Source: Penicillus capitatus (lineage: Eukaryota; Plantae; Chlorophyta). From it: a DNA stretch of 64,000 bases. The DNA lies in the NCBI GenBank assembly GCA_965649825.1, contig OZ287694.1:1239197-1303196 (forward strand). Reading direction: 5' to 3'. The position numbers and the translations under genes are program-made. Below, in pieces: positions 12,983-25,120 of the stretch. Below the pieces are notes generated by a model, which saw only the letters and a program-made list of their open reading frames with translations, was not told the origin of the DNA and made no database searches. Positions within the stretch are counted from its first letter, which is position 1, and each line of letters opens with the position of its first letter.

Positions 12983-15139
12983 ATGGGTCTCTCGGAGAAG
13001 GAGCCGATGACGTCTGAATCGCAAACGAGCCCCACCCAAGTGGAAGAGGTCGAAAAAGTCATCGCCAACGAAATGTTCGTCACGGTACGCGACACGCCTG
13101 AGGCTGTGAAGGAAGGAAGGCGGTTTTGGTAGAATCAAATCACGGTGGTGTGGCTGCTGCTGTCTATGACGGTGTGTTTAACATACTGGCTGCAGAAGTA
13201 TCGCATTTCGAAGGTTTTGCCGCCGTCTATTGCGGCGATGGTGCTGGGAATGTTCGTCAGCATTGTGATACGCTATCTCGGTGACCCATGAGATGCGGTC
13301 CTAAGTGTGAGGTCACACATTTTGTGGGGTTTGCAGGTCTCGCTCCTCCAAAATTCTCACCGACGGTCTTCCTCTATGGCCTGCTGCCACCCATCGTCTT
13401 CTCTGCTGGGTTCACTCTTAAGAAACGCGCATTCTTTCAGAATTTCGGAACGATTGTGACGTTTGCTGTGCTGGGCACCGTTATCTCTACCCTTGTTTTC
13501 AGTCTCTTCACACTGATGCTCATGGCGATCGGCGCCGTGGAAAAGAACAAGATCGGTGCCGATCCCGGAATCAAGATTTTCCTCTATGGTCTGAGCTGAC
13601 AGGCCGTCGTTGTGGGGACAAACCACGTGGACTGTTGTGTTAGGGTCCCTCATTTCGGCCATCGATCCCGTTGCCACGCTCTCGGTGTTTGGTGACATGG
13701 ATGCACCACCCTTGCTCTATAATCTCGTGTTTGGGGAGAGTGTGCTCAATGACGCTGTCTCCATCGTGCTTTTCAGGACGTTTGAGGGATTGCTGGGCGA
13801 AAAGATCTACTGGTGGACCATATTTCTCGTAGCAGGTGATCACGACACGCCTCTCCCCGCAGCTCTGTTCGATGTGCTCTCTGCTGCAGCGAAGTTTTGC
13901 TGGATCGGTTTGGGCTCGCTTACCGTTGGGATGGTCGTAGCGCTGATCTGTGCAGCCATCCTCAAGAATTTCAATCTCAACGGCCAGAGTACCGGGCATT
14001 CGGACGGGACCGTCTACGAAATCAGCATCGTCTTCATGACGGCTTACTTGGCCTATCTCGTACGGCCTCCATCCGTCAGCCGCTGTGTGACCGAAAGAGT
14101 GATGTCTATCTAGTTGGCTGAAGTGATCAGTCTCTCCGGCATTGTGGCACTGTTCGTCTCCGGAATTGTTCATGCGCATTACTCGTTTCACAACATCAGT
14201 GCCGATGCTCAGATCGCGATCAGCAAAGTGGCTAATGTCGTCGCTTTCATCTGCGAAATCTTTGTCTTTGAATACCTCGGAATGCAAGTGGCCCTCATTT
14301 CCATCCAGAACATCGATCCCGGAATCATTGTCTCAGGTACACACGTCTCTCCAGACGGTAGGCATGGCCTGTCGTGATCGCGGTTGCTGTCTTAGGGATC
14401 CCTCTGTGTTTGCTTTCTCGTGCCGCTAACGTGTTTCCTTTAACGTATCTGGTGAACCGATTTCGACAGTTTCCGATTCCCCATCCTGTACAGATGATGC
14501 AGTTCCTGTGCGGCCTCAGAGGTATGCGTCCAGTCCTACTGCCTGACACGACCTCACTTCCTAGAGTGTATCAGGAGCTGTGGCATATGCTCTCTCTGCA
14601 TACCTTTCCAAAATCAATCCTTCTGAATCGATCGAAGTGGGAACTCTCGTGATCGCTGTCGTCTCCACCATCCTGTTTGGCGGCGGCACCGGACCTGCCA
14701 TGCGACTACTACATCTGCAGGTTCGCTCTCACACAGCGATGTCGGCTCAGTCCGTGCACCCCTCGCTCTTTTCTCGGTTCAGGGAGCCGATGATGAAGAT
14801 GTCCATAGAATGAACTTCAGTGACGCCGCTACCAGAGGCACACGATCCACGCCCAATCGAGAAGGGATCGAAATCAACGGTCTGCTCTGGATCGTCGACT
14901 GGCTGTCCAGTTTGAACGGTACTTGTGCTGTGCACAGAAATAGAGTCGACGTGGGAGCGATTGGACAACGCCTATCTGAAGCCCTATTTCGGAGGAAGAT
15001 TGCCCAGCAGCCGCTCTGGCGGCGAAGATGCGGCTTTGCTGAGCTACTCCTCCGAAAACATGGACAGTCGAGAGTCGCCCGGCGTCTCATCTCGTCGACC
15101 TTAGTAAGTTTTTTGAGGATTGATGGATGGAGAAACTGA
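12983..15139 (+). CDS. Na+/H+ exchanger, CPA1 family (NHX/NHE)
   Basis: [73 protein letters not shown]. The 3' end is approximate. Confidence 0.92.
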
Positions 15140-15561
15140 TAAATGTGCCTGGGCGATCGGTGTTGTGTAAAAGTGTGATTTCATCGCAAGTAGAGGATGG
15201 ATGTCGTCGCGTTGACAGTGATGTGACGTTTGAGGGCGACGTCGGTGCGAAGCGCTCTGTTGTTTCAATTTCCCAAGTAAACGTTCGACAGTTTTTGGTC
15301 TCCGTGTTAATTGATTCCATCCCAACTCAAAAACGGTAAACGACCGCAAACATATCACATTGCGCGAAATGGAAACGTCGGCGGGCGTCCCGCAGGAACG
15401 GTTTCTCCTTCAGCTTCTCCAACGTCGAGCGCATCGATTTCGTCGCTGAGTATCAGCGAAAGACGCGATGCGTGTGTCGGAATGCGAAAACGTCGTCGTC
15501 TGTTGTTTCCCGCCATGTTGGTACGTTCGTTTTGACACGTCGCGGGTTGTAGTCGCTCGAG

Positions 15562-16814
15562 ATGTCGAAGAAGTCCAAAGTTGAAGAAGTTGTGAAGAAA
15601 ACGGAGAACGCAGAGACGACACCGGACACAGACACGCCCGCCTCTGGCGCTCTGTTTCCTGTCCCAAACGACTTTGAGATCACCCAGGATGGTAAGCACG
15701 GGACACGTGTGTGGCCTGACGCACGGTGACACACACGGGTGTTACAGCGACAGCCTCGGCGGCGTCGACGTATTTCTTGCCACCGACGGGCGACAGCCAA
15801 ATGGAGACGCAAGATGGACAGCAGCCGGCCGTCGTGATGAATGGACTGACACTGGAAGACCTCCGCGCAGCCATGCAGCATTTTACGCACGAGCGCGATT
15901 GGGATAAATATCACACACCACGAAACCTCCTCTGTGCACTGGTCACATCTAAAACCATGTTAAAATGTGTGACATGTGTGATGGTGGACAGGTTGGAGAG
16001 GTGGGTGAGCTGTCAGAGATCTTTCAGTGGAGAGGCGAAGTCGAGAGAGGACTGCCAGGTTAGCCTGTCCCTCTGCCTCTATCCATCATAAGCTCAACGC
16101 GTCGTAGATTTCTCAGACGAAGAGAAGAATCATGTTGCTGAAGAACTCGCCGATGTGAGCGTTGTCTTTGCAGTTTCTGTCACATAGTGTGATAAGTGTG
16201 ACCGTACTTAGGTACTGCTGTATCTCGTCCGTTTGTCCGACGTGTGTGGATTCGACCTTGCCCAAGCAGCGTACCATTGATCTTTCTTAGACGTGGTCGA
16301 TTGCTCAACACGTTGTGTCTGTAGGATCAATAAACTGCAGATAAATACGCAAAAGTACCCTCCGGAAGCTGTCCGTGGATCGCCTGCCAAATTCAACGCT
16401 TATGAATCGTCCACGCGCAGCAGTCGCCGTCACAAGTACGACATTCCTTCGTCACACCGCAAAGATGATGACGAATCCGGAAGAAAACGCGCCCGCGAGC
16501 GTTTCTCCGAAGATCAAGTCGCCGCCATGACCGAACTCGCTGAGAAAGCGGGCTGGTCGATCACGGCCCTCACTTGGGAAGAACGCATGAAGTTCTGCCA
16601 AGACTACAACATCACCAAAGAGCGCCTATGCAATTTTTTTAACAATCGGAAGCCGAAGGAAATGAAGAGAGGACGCGTTGCTTACATGCGCCGTACCACT
16701 GTGCCACATAGCTACGATCCACATCACTACGATGCCTCACACTTTCAGACAGCCACCGACGGCGACGCGCACATGCAAACGGACGAAGGATTTCTGAAGC
16801 ACATGAACGACTAG
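15562..16814 (+). CDS. dCTP pyrophosphatase (DCTPP1/MazG-like) fused to a C-terminal homeodomain, copy 1
   Basis: Manual splicing over five GT-AG introns gives ERDWDKYHTPRNLLCAL|VGEVGELSEIFQWRGEVERGLP|DFSDEEKNHVAEELAD|VLLYLVRLSDVCGFDLAQA|AINKLQINTQKYP. In the same last exon this continues into RKRARERFSEDQVAAMTELAEKAGW...FCQDYNITKERLCNFFNNRK. Confidence 0.88.
15821..15982 (+). repeat. 162-bp near-identical copy (2 mismatches) of 37644-37805, inverted orientation
   Basis: Direct sequence comparison. The tract covers about 120 nt of exon plus the first ~40 nt of the following intron. Confidence 0.92.
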
Positions 16815-17181
16815 CGCCTTGAACGCCCACTGATCGAACGCATGATATGTCAATGGACTGCTCTCCTGCAACGGACGATTGTTGTTTACTCTCTTGTTTG
16901 CCCCTTCGAACACACCGATCAACGTCGTCCCCGTTTCGCAGCGACGACGACGAGGGACATTCCCGCGATGACGTGACGTTGTTATGTTCATTCAGCGCTC
17001 GACGTCGGGTCGATTTCCGTCGTCTGTTTTGTTTCACTCGTTACGATCCGTTTCGCAGGAGATCCACCTGAACAACGTCCTGTCAAGACGCTTACTGCAG
17101 AGCCGCGTTCTTTGCGTCTTGTCCCATCACTGAGCGCTCGTCGACAGCCAATTCGACCATCCGTTGAAAGTGTTGTGCACG

Positions 17182-17701
17182 ATGGTAAGGCCAGAGAGTG
17201 ACCCTCTCTACGGCACGAGGACCTCTGGAATGGCACACGGAACAACAAGTGCCTTGTGATGGGGGCCCATACGTCTGCCGCTGTGGCGGCGGCGGCGATC
17301 TGGTCGATACTGAGAATGTGTGTCTTGCCAGCCGCTCTCCAATGATATTGACTTGCTGAACCCTCCACTTGACTTGGAGAAGTCGAAACATAAGCTCAAA
17401 CGGCTGGTGCCCACACCCAATTCATTCTTCATGGATGTCAAGTGCCCCAATTGCTTCAACATGTATGTTCGTTCGTTCGTTCGCCCGGATAGCGCATGAG
17501 GAATGACAATGCCGTGTGTGCTGCAGTACAACGATTTTCTCACATTCGCAGACAGTTGTGACCTGTTCCAGCTGTACGGGGGTCCTCTGCACACCGACCG
17601 GCGGCAAGGCGAAGCTGTCAGAAGGTAAGATGTCGCTATCTCGGGGAAAAGAGTGAGAGGGATTGGAAACAGGGAGTGCTTTTCGGAAAAAGGGAGATTG
17701 A
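17182..17701 (+). CDS. RPS27: 40S ribosomal protein S27
   Basis: ATG|intron|[12 protein letters not shown]...[23 protein letters not shown]...[15 protein letters not shown]...[13 protein letters not shown]|GSAFRKKGD*. Confidence 0.96.
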
Positions 17702-18304
17702 GGATATGGCATCGGCCTTTGAGCAACGAGCGACGTTCCTTATTTCGTTGAGTAGTCTAAGTGGACAGTGAGTGACTGCGATGCATATGGATGGATGCAG
17801 AAACAAAGAGACCAACCGCTATCTCATGGACGTTCTGTGAATCTATTCATCTGTCGGACACGGTATAGCCGATAACGCATTCGATGTCGCACACAGAACC
17901 GACAACCATTACCAATCGTATGCGGTCGAGGGAGACCACGACTGAAAAGACAGCGAAGGTGGATAGGGCAGAGAAGAGCTGTTTATGGTAAGTAAAGACC
18001 ACGAGCAACGTTCAAACCGACAGGCGCATAGCTTTCGACGAAATCTCTACGAGGCTGGGTCTCTGTTCCCAGTGACGAGCCTGAGCACTGAAAGAACGTT
18101 TTCTATGCGGAAGTTGAACGTTTCTCGTTGTCCGCGGTGTGACGCGTGAGACTCGGTATCTCGGTGGAGTGCAGGTTGTTCTGTTCTGTGTAAGCGGGAT
18201 GGTGTCGTGTTGACGCTCGCGATGTGCCGAACAGAATCTTAGCGGACGGTAACGGTCGGTTAGAGGAGAGAGGAGGACGTCACCTTCACCAACGTCACAT
18301 CATC

Positions 18305-20057
18305 ATGTCTCTCAGGGCCTTAAGCAGTCCTCCACGTCTAGTGCCAACGCTTCTTCGGCTTTTGCCGTCCATATCTCGTTTCACCAAACAGCATAAGGCG
18401 GAAAGCGCAAGATGGGTCAGAGGGAGACGGCAACGATGCCGAGCGGAGGAAAGAGTGTCGGATGAACCGACCTTCCAACAGAAGAAACAGCTGGAAGAAG
18501 GTGTCTCTTCCCTCACAGACGCTTGTCACCTATGCACGTCTTCCTCTAGTGGTCCAGACTCGGATCGAACAGGCGGCGAAGATGCTGGACGACATCATCG
18601 ATGACATTGTGTGCGATATGTCTGCCGTCCAGTCCATAGGGTATATCTATAACGAAGTCCCGACCGAAACGGAAGGAGACATCATTAGGTCAGCCATCGC
18701 AGCGACAGCGAGCGATTTAAGAGAAAAGCGTGCACGTGTCTAGAAACGTGGTTCGGAAGTATATGGATCAACTTGATCAGAATTTTCTCGCATCGTTGGA
18801 GCCGTTTCAACAGAAGGCCAAACGCATGAAGCAGCCAGAAGTTGCTCGACTCATTGGACAGGTTAGAGGTCCTCGACGCACAACTGGTGCGAATAGAGTG
18901 ATGGTGTGAATAGATTCGATCAGAAGTGATGAAGCAGACGAACGCACGGTTTCCGCCTGAAGTCTCACTTCTGGAAGATCTCATGAAGATCTCTGATAAG
19001 ACAGAACGGATCGAAAAGATCAAGCTTGTCGCAGAGGATCCTGCTACAGAGAGCAATGCGCAGCCAGAGAACCAAACGTACGTGATCGATCCGTCCGATG
19101 ACGCCGAATTCGATATGAACATCGACGAAAATGTGCCGATCGATGAGATGGATGTGAAAGCAGAGCTTAAGAGATTGAAAATCCTTAAAGGAGAAACCGA
19201 TCTGCGGTCTCTGAAAGAGGAGTTAGATAAGGAAACGGCCGAGCCGCCGGTCATCGAAGAGCAGCCATCCGATTTGGACGACGTGTTGGAATCCATCGAC
19301 GATCTGCTCGACGACTGCTCGCCCGATCAGGAGGGAGAGATCCAAAACGCGTATGGCAAAAAGATCACTCCTTTGCAGTTGGAACTGGTGGCAAATCAGT
19401 TCATCACGGATATTGAAGAGAAAGAGCAGGTGGCCAATCGGCAACTCCTTGCTAAACTCTGCATCATTCGTGAGGAAGCGAGACTCGTACATATGTATGA
19501 CACCCTTGTGGTCACTCTTTACTAAATCCATCTTCTCTGTCATCAGGGAGAGGCAGTTTGCCGGTCTTACCGACGAGGAGAGCCCGATCAAGATGCGACA
19601 GAATGTTCCGTCGCAGGTTATGGGTATCATTCAAATCCTCCTCAAAACAAATGATTCGCTCAAAAGGTCACTGTTCCTCTGTGACGGCGTGGGACGATTG
19701 CTGTCGTTGTTTAGAGTCGGCCTCATTCGGAAGGCGTTTGAGAAGGATGAGTATCGTCCAGCTACACAAGATCTCACACGTGCCCCCGGTTATGTCCGTC
19801 CCGGGATTTTTATGACGGCCTTGACGATGACCCAAATAGAAGCGGATCAACGATCGAAGCTGCAGAGCACAGCATCCTCGATCTCATCTCTGTTTCTGCA
19901 GCGAATCGATGACATCCGATTGGAAGCGATGCTTGTGTTGCGTGAGATCGCCTGGGGAGAATTCGATTCCGAAGAACTCGCTCAACGACAGAAGGAAAAA
20001 GAAGAGAGGCAGCAAAGCAGCAAAAAAGAACACTCTCAAAAAACCGACAATGTTTAG
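18305..20057 (+). CDS. Chloroplast PRDA1-like protein (PEP-related development arrested 1 family)
   Basis: Transit-peptide-like N terminus. NRQLLAKLCIIREEAR, VRPGIFMTALT and LVLREIAW match my recollection of plant PRDA1 (DRKLLARLVLIREEAR, VRPGMFLETV, LQVLEEIAY). Confidence 0.65.
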
Positions 20058-21687
20058 AGGGCGCTGTCAAAGAGAGACCCATTCAGAAAAGGATGGTTTA
20101 AGCAGGATCCGGCTGTCGGTCTCGATTTCCAATCGGTTTGAATCATGGCCTGAATCAGTTCCCATCCGGCGCGGTCGCCCATATCGAGAAAGGCGACACT
20201 TGTGCCCAGATGTTCATCTTCGCAACAATACTCTCGAAAGCTTTCGAGATCCAGGCCGAAGGTCGATTGGACCAGGCGATAGAGACGCGGCTCATCGATG
20301 CCGCTCGAGGGCGAGAACGCAGACAACGAGGTGTAGAGAAAGAGCAAACCCAACGAAAGCATGTCATCTGCGATGCCATAGTTCCGTTTGTCGTGTTCTG
20401 ACCACGCTCCAGCATTTCTTGCCTGTGTCCACAAAGGCTGACTCGAGACTAGCCTAAGGACACGATAGCAATAAGTGAGCAATTGATGTGACGTAAGTGT
20501 GACCTCTGCCGTTGCTGTTCTCTTTCATTGGCAATATTCCAGATCTCTTCGAGCGTCACTCCAGCAGATAGCGACAACGCCTCGTCTGAGGCATCCACTC
20601 CGAAAGCTAGATCTGCGATCTGAACCTTCAGACGCGAGATATCCGTTTCCTAGTACAGAGAAGCCGTCAAAACGCCGCCGGCCTAGTTCCTCTGGTGCCA
20701 CATTGTATTGTGCGAGCGTGATGGATTCGGGCCCAAGACTCTGGTGTAGTTTGTAGTGTCGATGCATGAATTCAAGTCCTTGGGCGATCTGCTGAAAGAC
20801 ACGCAAAATGAACATCTGCCGCTTCATCTCTGCTCGTCTGGGATCCAAAGCATCCCACACATCGGCTGATCCCACGACGCGTCCTGACTGTGTCGCTTTG
20901 GCCGCCATCTGAAGGTAATGACCCAGCGTGGCTCTTTTCCCCTCTCTTCTAAACACCAGACACTGCATGCATCATCCAACAGTGAAAAAACGACAGATAT
21001 CACATACATGCGCAACTTCTGTTTCGTAGCCGCCGATCAAGAAGCTCAATTGGTCGCAAACACGATCCGTCTACAGAACAGGAGTCCGTCAAAGTCGTTC
21101 TCAACACACTCCTGGTATCTCACATTTGGAGGCTGCAGTTCGGCAAAGACTTTGAGTTCGTTAGCAGCCAAGGCATCGCATTCGATGTTCTTTGGATACA
21201 TCTTGATGAATACATTCCCTCCGACGGAAGGTTCGCCCTTCAGCCGCCTGTAAGAAATCGAAACCCATTTGGTATGTTCGCCATTCCTCCATGTTGTTTG
21301 TCAAAGAGACACGCACCCTTCGTATTGCCGAACTTCGATTCCTTCTTGCTGGACGGTGCCTCCCATGCGTTGCATTTCTTCCAGCTGCGGTCGCCATTCG
21401 TCCCCCTCGCTCATGCGTCTCTCTTTCATATGCTCACTGCCAAGTCACATCGTTATTGAGCGCGTCCATTCGGCCGCCATCACCTCAAGAGCGTCAGGAC
21501 TCCCACAGAACCCACGCGTCTCTCCAGTACAACATCCTAATACCCATCGCAATCCCTTAGACCAGTGATCGTATGGACGGCGAGCGCTGACCTTCGGGTT
21601 GAGTATCTGAAGTTCGCACCGTGCTGCTTTTGCACAAGGACGCGTGTTGACAGGCACTGGCGCTCTGAATGTCCGGGAGAGGCGCAT
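20054..21687 (-). CDS. Plastid STN7/STN8-related atypical Ser/Thr kinase
   Basis: Transit-peptide-like start, GLEFMHRHYKLHQSLGP in the catalytic-loop position, C-lobe motif AGWELIQAMI...RPTAGSCLNHPFL. Several introns. Confidence 0.7.
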
Positions 21688-21748
21688 CGCGTCCAGCACA
21701 GCGACAGTGATGGGACGTCCCCTGACCGTCCATTTCTGTTTGTGCGCG

Positions 21749-22778
21749 ATGGCACTTCTACAACGGATCACTAATCGTCGTCTCTCACCTTCGCTGCTCC
21801 GTCTGTGCTCGTCTGCACCGACATCCGAGCACGACACTGATGCGACCTCGGCGGTCGACGCTACGACGCCTTCGGCAACGTCCTCCGACAAGGACAACCC
21901 ATCGTTGACGGAACACTACCGCACGAACCGTCTGTTGCCGAAGTGTGCTTTCCTCTTCCCTGCGAAGCCCCGTGTCGTGAACAAGAGACTGCATCTTCGA
22001 TCCTTACGCCGTTCCCGATTCTCCACTGCCTCATCCCTCCATCATGATCGTTCGAACGCACAAACACGTCAGGGATGTACAAATGGGGAATGAGATGTAG
22101 AGACACGAAGATGCGCTTGGTGCCAAGCACCAGCAGCTGGAGATGAGGCTTCTTGCCCTATATGTCAGAAAATCCTGCCTGTTGAACAGAATCTCAACCT
22201 TTTTCGGATTTTTGAGCTGGAACCGTCGTTCGAGATCAACATCCAACAGCTCGAAACAAAGTTCAGAAGTCTGCAGATGCGGTTGCATCCGGATCGCTTT
22301 GTCAACAAAGGCCAGCAGGTCATGTCCATGCTATGTGACCGAAGCCATTGAGATGGATCTGTGATGTGACAGGAGCAGGATCTGGCAACTGCCCAAGCGT
22401 CTTTACTGAACAAGGCATTTCGCAAACTGAAGCAGCCACTGGACAGGGCTAAGTACTTGCTGAGACTGAAAGGTTTTTTATTCGACAAGGAACAGACGAT
22501 CAAAGATCCAGAATTTCTCATGGAGGTGAGCGGCATCTCCGGAGTGCGATTAGGTTGAACCGACTGTCTAGATGCTCGAGATGCAGGAAAGAGTCTCGGA
22601 GACGGATGACAGAGAAGAGCTCTTGGATATTCTGTCCGAGACACAACATCGAACAGAATCTCTGTTTGATTCTCTGTCACAAGCATTCGCCTGCAATGAT
22701 CTGAACCGGGCATCTAATATTGTCACTGAGCTCTCTTATCTCGATAGAATCCTCCATCGGACCCGAGACAAAATGTAA
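21749..22778 (+). CDS. HSCB: Fe-S cluster co-chaperone HscB/Jac1
   Basis: CxxC...CxxC module, J-domain LHPDRF, LLNKAFRKLKQPLDRAKYLL, C-terminal DPEFLMEMLEMQE. Confidence 0.92.
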
Positions 22779-22998
22779 TGACGATCGTCGCATGCCTTCA
22801 GAAAACCTTGTACCTTTTCACCGAACAAAAACGACTCGGCTAGACATGGGACATTGGTTGGGTCTTACTCAGGCGGCAGGAGGACAGGTATGGTGTTCAA
22901 TATGTGCTTGCGAACAGCGATGACGTGACAGGGTCCCATCAAAGGAATGCAGGAGGCGGGTAGGCTGTAGGCGAGTGATATCCAGTCGTACAGCATTT

Positions 22999-25116
22999 AT
23001 GGCATTGAAGGTTCTCGCCGCAGATGGCGTTAAAGTGAGAGAATCCGTCGCTGTTTGCGCTGAATCGTTTTTTCGGGCAGATCTACAATCTATCGAGCGG
23101 GAAGAGTTTGCCAGAATGGGTGAACGATAAACGACAACGCCGAGAGTCGTCACAAACAGCAGCAGAGCAGCAGCAGCGCGTGGAGCTTCTTCAAGACTTT
23201 CGCTTTCCGAGCGCCTGTCACAAGATCCAGTCGACATCGACTGGCGACTGCCTCATCGCAACGGGAAACTATCCGCCGCAAGTTCGCCTGTTCGATGTGG
23301 CAAATCTATCCCCGAAAGTCACTCGTCATTTCGACGCCGATATCGTCGACTTCGAAGCATGTCCTGCTCAAGAAACAGCCTTTCCACTTAGCGTCTTTTT
23401 GGTGACAGATTCTGACGGAGGATTTTTCAAAGCTCGCTTTTCTCTGTGCCGATCGGACAGTGAAGCTCCATGCGCGATTTGGATATTACTACGAAACCAG
23501 GATTCCGATCTGTGGCCGTGTGGTTACCTATGTGCCCTTCCTCGCCCATCTGCTGATCGCAGGATCGTCTGCTGAAGTACATCGACTGGATCTCTCCGAA
23601 GGCAGATTTCTGCAGCCACTGGTTTCGCAGTTGCCTTCCATCAATGCATGCGGTCCGACGGAAGCGCCATCCACTTGCACACGCAAACAGTCACTGTCGT
23701 AGATGTCAGCCCTGTCCATGGTCTGGTCTGCTGCGCTGGTAACGATGGCGTATTGGAATGCGTCGATATCCGACAACCGTCGATTGTTGGCAGTCTCGAC
23801 ATCGCTTCTGCATTGGAAAAAGTGCGCCGTGGACTGGAGTTCGTTTCGTAGAGAGAGGATATTTGTGGATATGACAGGCTGGATCAGAGTTGACGGCTGT
23901 TCGGTTTGATCGACATGGACTGCACTTCGCCGCGGGGACCAGCACTGGAGTGGTCGGTTTGTTCGATTTACGATCGCAGAAACCGATCTTGACGAAAGAT
24001 CACATGTACGACGCGCCGATACACAGTCTGCATTACCTGTCTTCCGATCAAAAGGCCAACGGCGGTCCTATGGAAAACAAGATCGCTTCTGCCGATTCCT
24101 TTGTCGTCAAGATCTGGGATACACTCACAGCGGAAACGTACACCAACGTCGAGCCTGGCAAGAGCGCGGCCATCAACCACATGCACTGGTGGCAGGATTC
24201 TGGCCTGTTCTTCCTGGCATGCGACGATGCAAAGATCCAGGCAACTCTGTCGCATTCATTGGATGCGGCTGTCCTGATCGATCGGATGCTTTGTGTATCA
24301 GTCTTACTTTATTCCTTCACTGGGGACGGCGCCATCGTGGTGTTCCTTTCTGGAAGGGATCACAGAGGAATTGGAAGAGGAAGCAGGTTTGTGTGTATCC
24401 ACGGATGAAAAGAGTGAGAGATCATGTGTGATGTGATGGTTGGTGTTTAGGACACGTGCTCTACGATGACTTTCGATTTGTCACACAGAATCAGTTGGCG
24501 GATGTCGGGCTGGCGCATCTTATTGGAACCGATCTGCTCAAAGCGTACATGCATGGATACTTCATCCACAACAAACTCTACTCAAAGTGATGAACGCATT
24601 CACAAATTTTCGTTTCCGGTGTGGCGAATCGGTGCTGTCATCAGGGCACAGTTGATGCATCAGCCACAGACTGTGATTCCGTTGCCTCTTCCAGAAAGCC
24701 GAATCTCTTCGTTGCGTAAAGTGCCTGATGCAAGGAAAGGAAGCGACGAAAAGAGAACGCCGATTCAAGATCGGCGTTTCAAAGCCATCTACGAAGATCC
24801 GGCGTTTGCGATCGACGAGAACAGACGCATCGACGATACAGGCGAGAGACAACGACATTGGATATCCGCCGATATGTGATATGCTATTCTCACAGATTCT
24901 CTTTTGGTGCCCTCGGATACCGTGCAACGAAAGACGCCGGGCGATGACGCCGATGAGGATGAAACGGTGATGCCTTTCGAGATCCGTACGGCTCAACGAG
25001 GAAGACGCAAAGCGACATCGCGTTTTCGAGGCTCCGCCGATTTCTGTTTTACACCAACGTCACGAGAAGGGTCATCGAAAGACAAGAAAAAACGTCAGGG
25101 CCGACAGAAACGCTAG
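22999..25116 (+). CDS. NOL10: Nucleolar protein 10 (NOL10/ENP2)
   Basis: VK|[61 protein letters not shown]153-like [17 protein letters not shown]. Confidence 0.93.
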
Positions 25117-25120
25117 ATCG

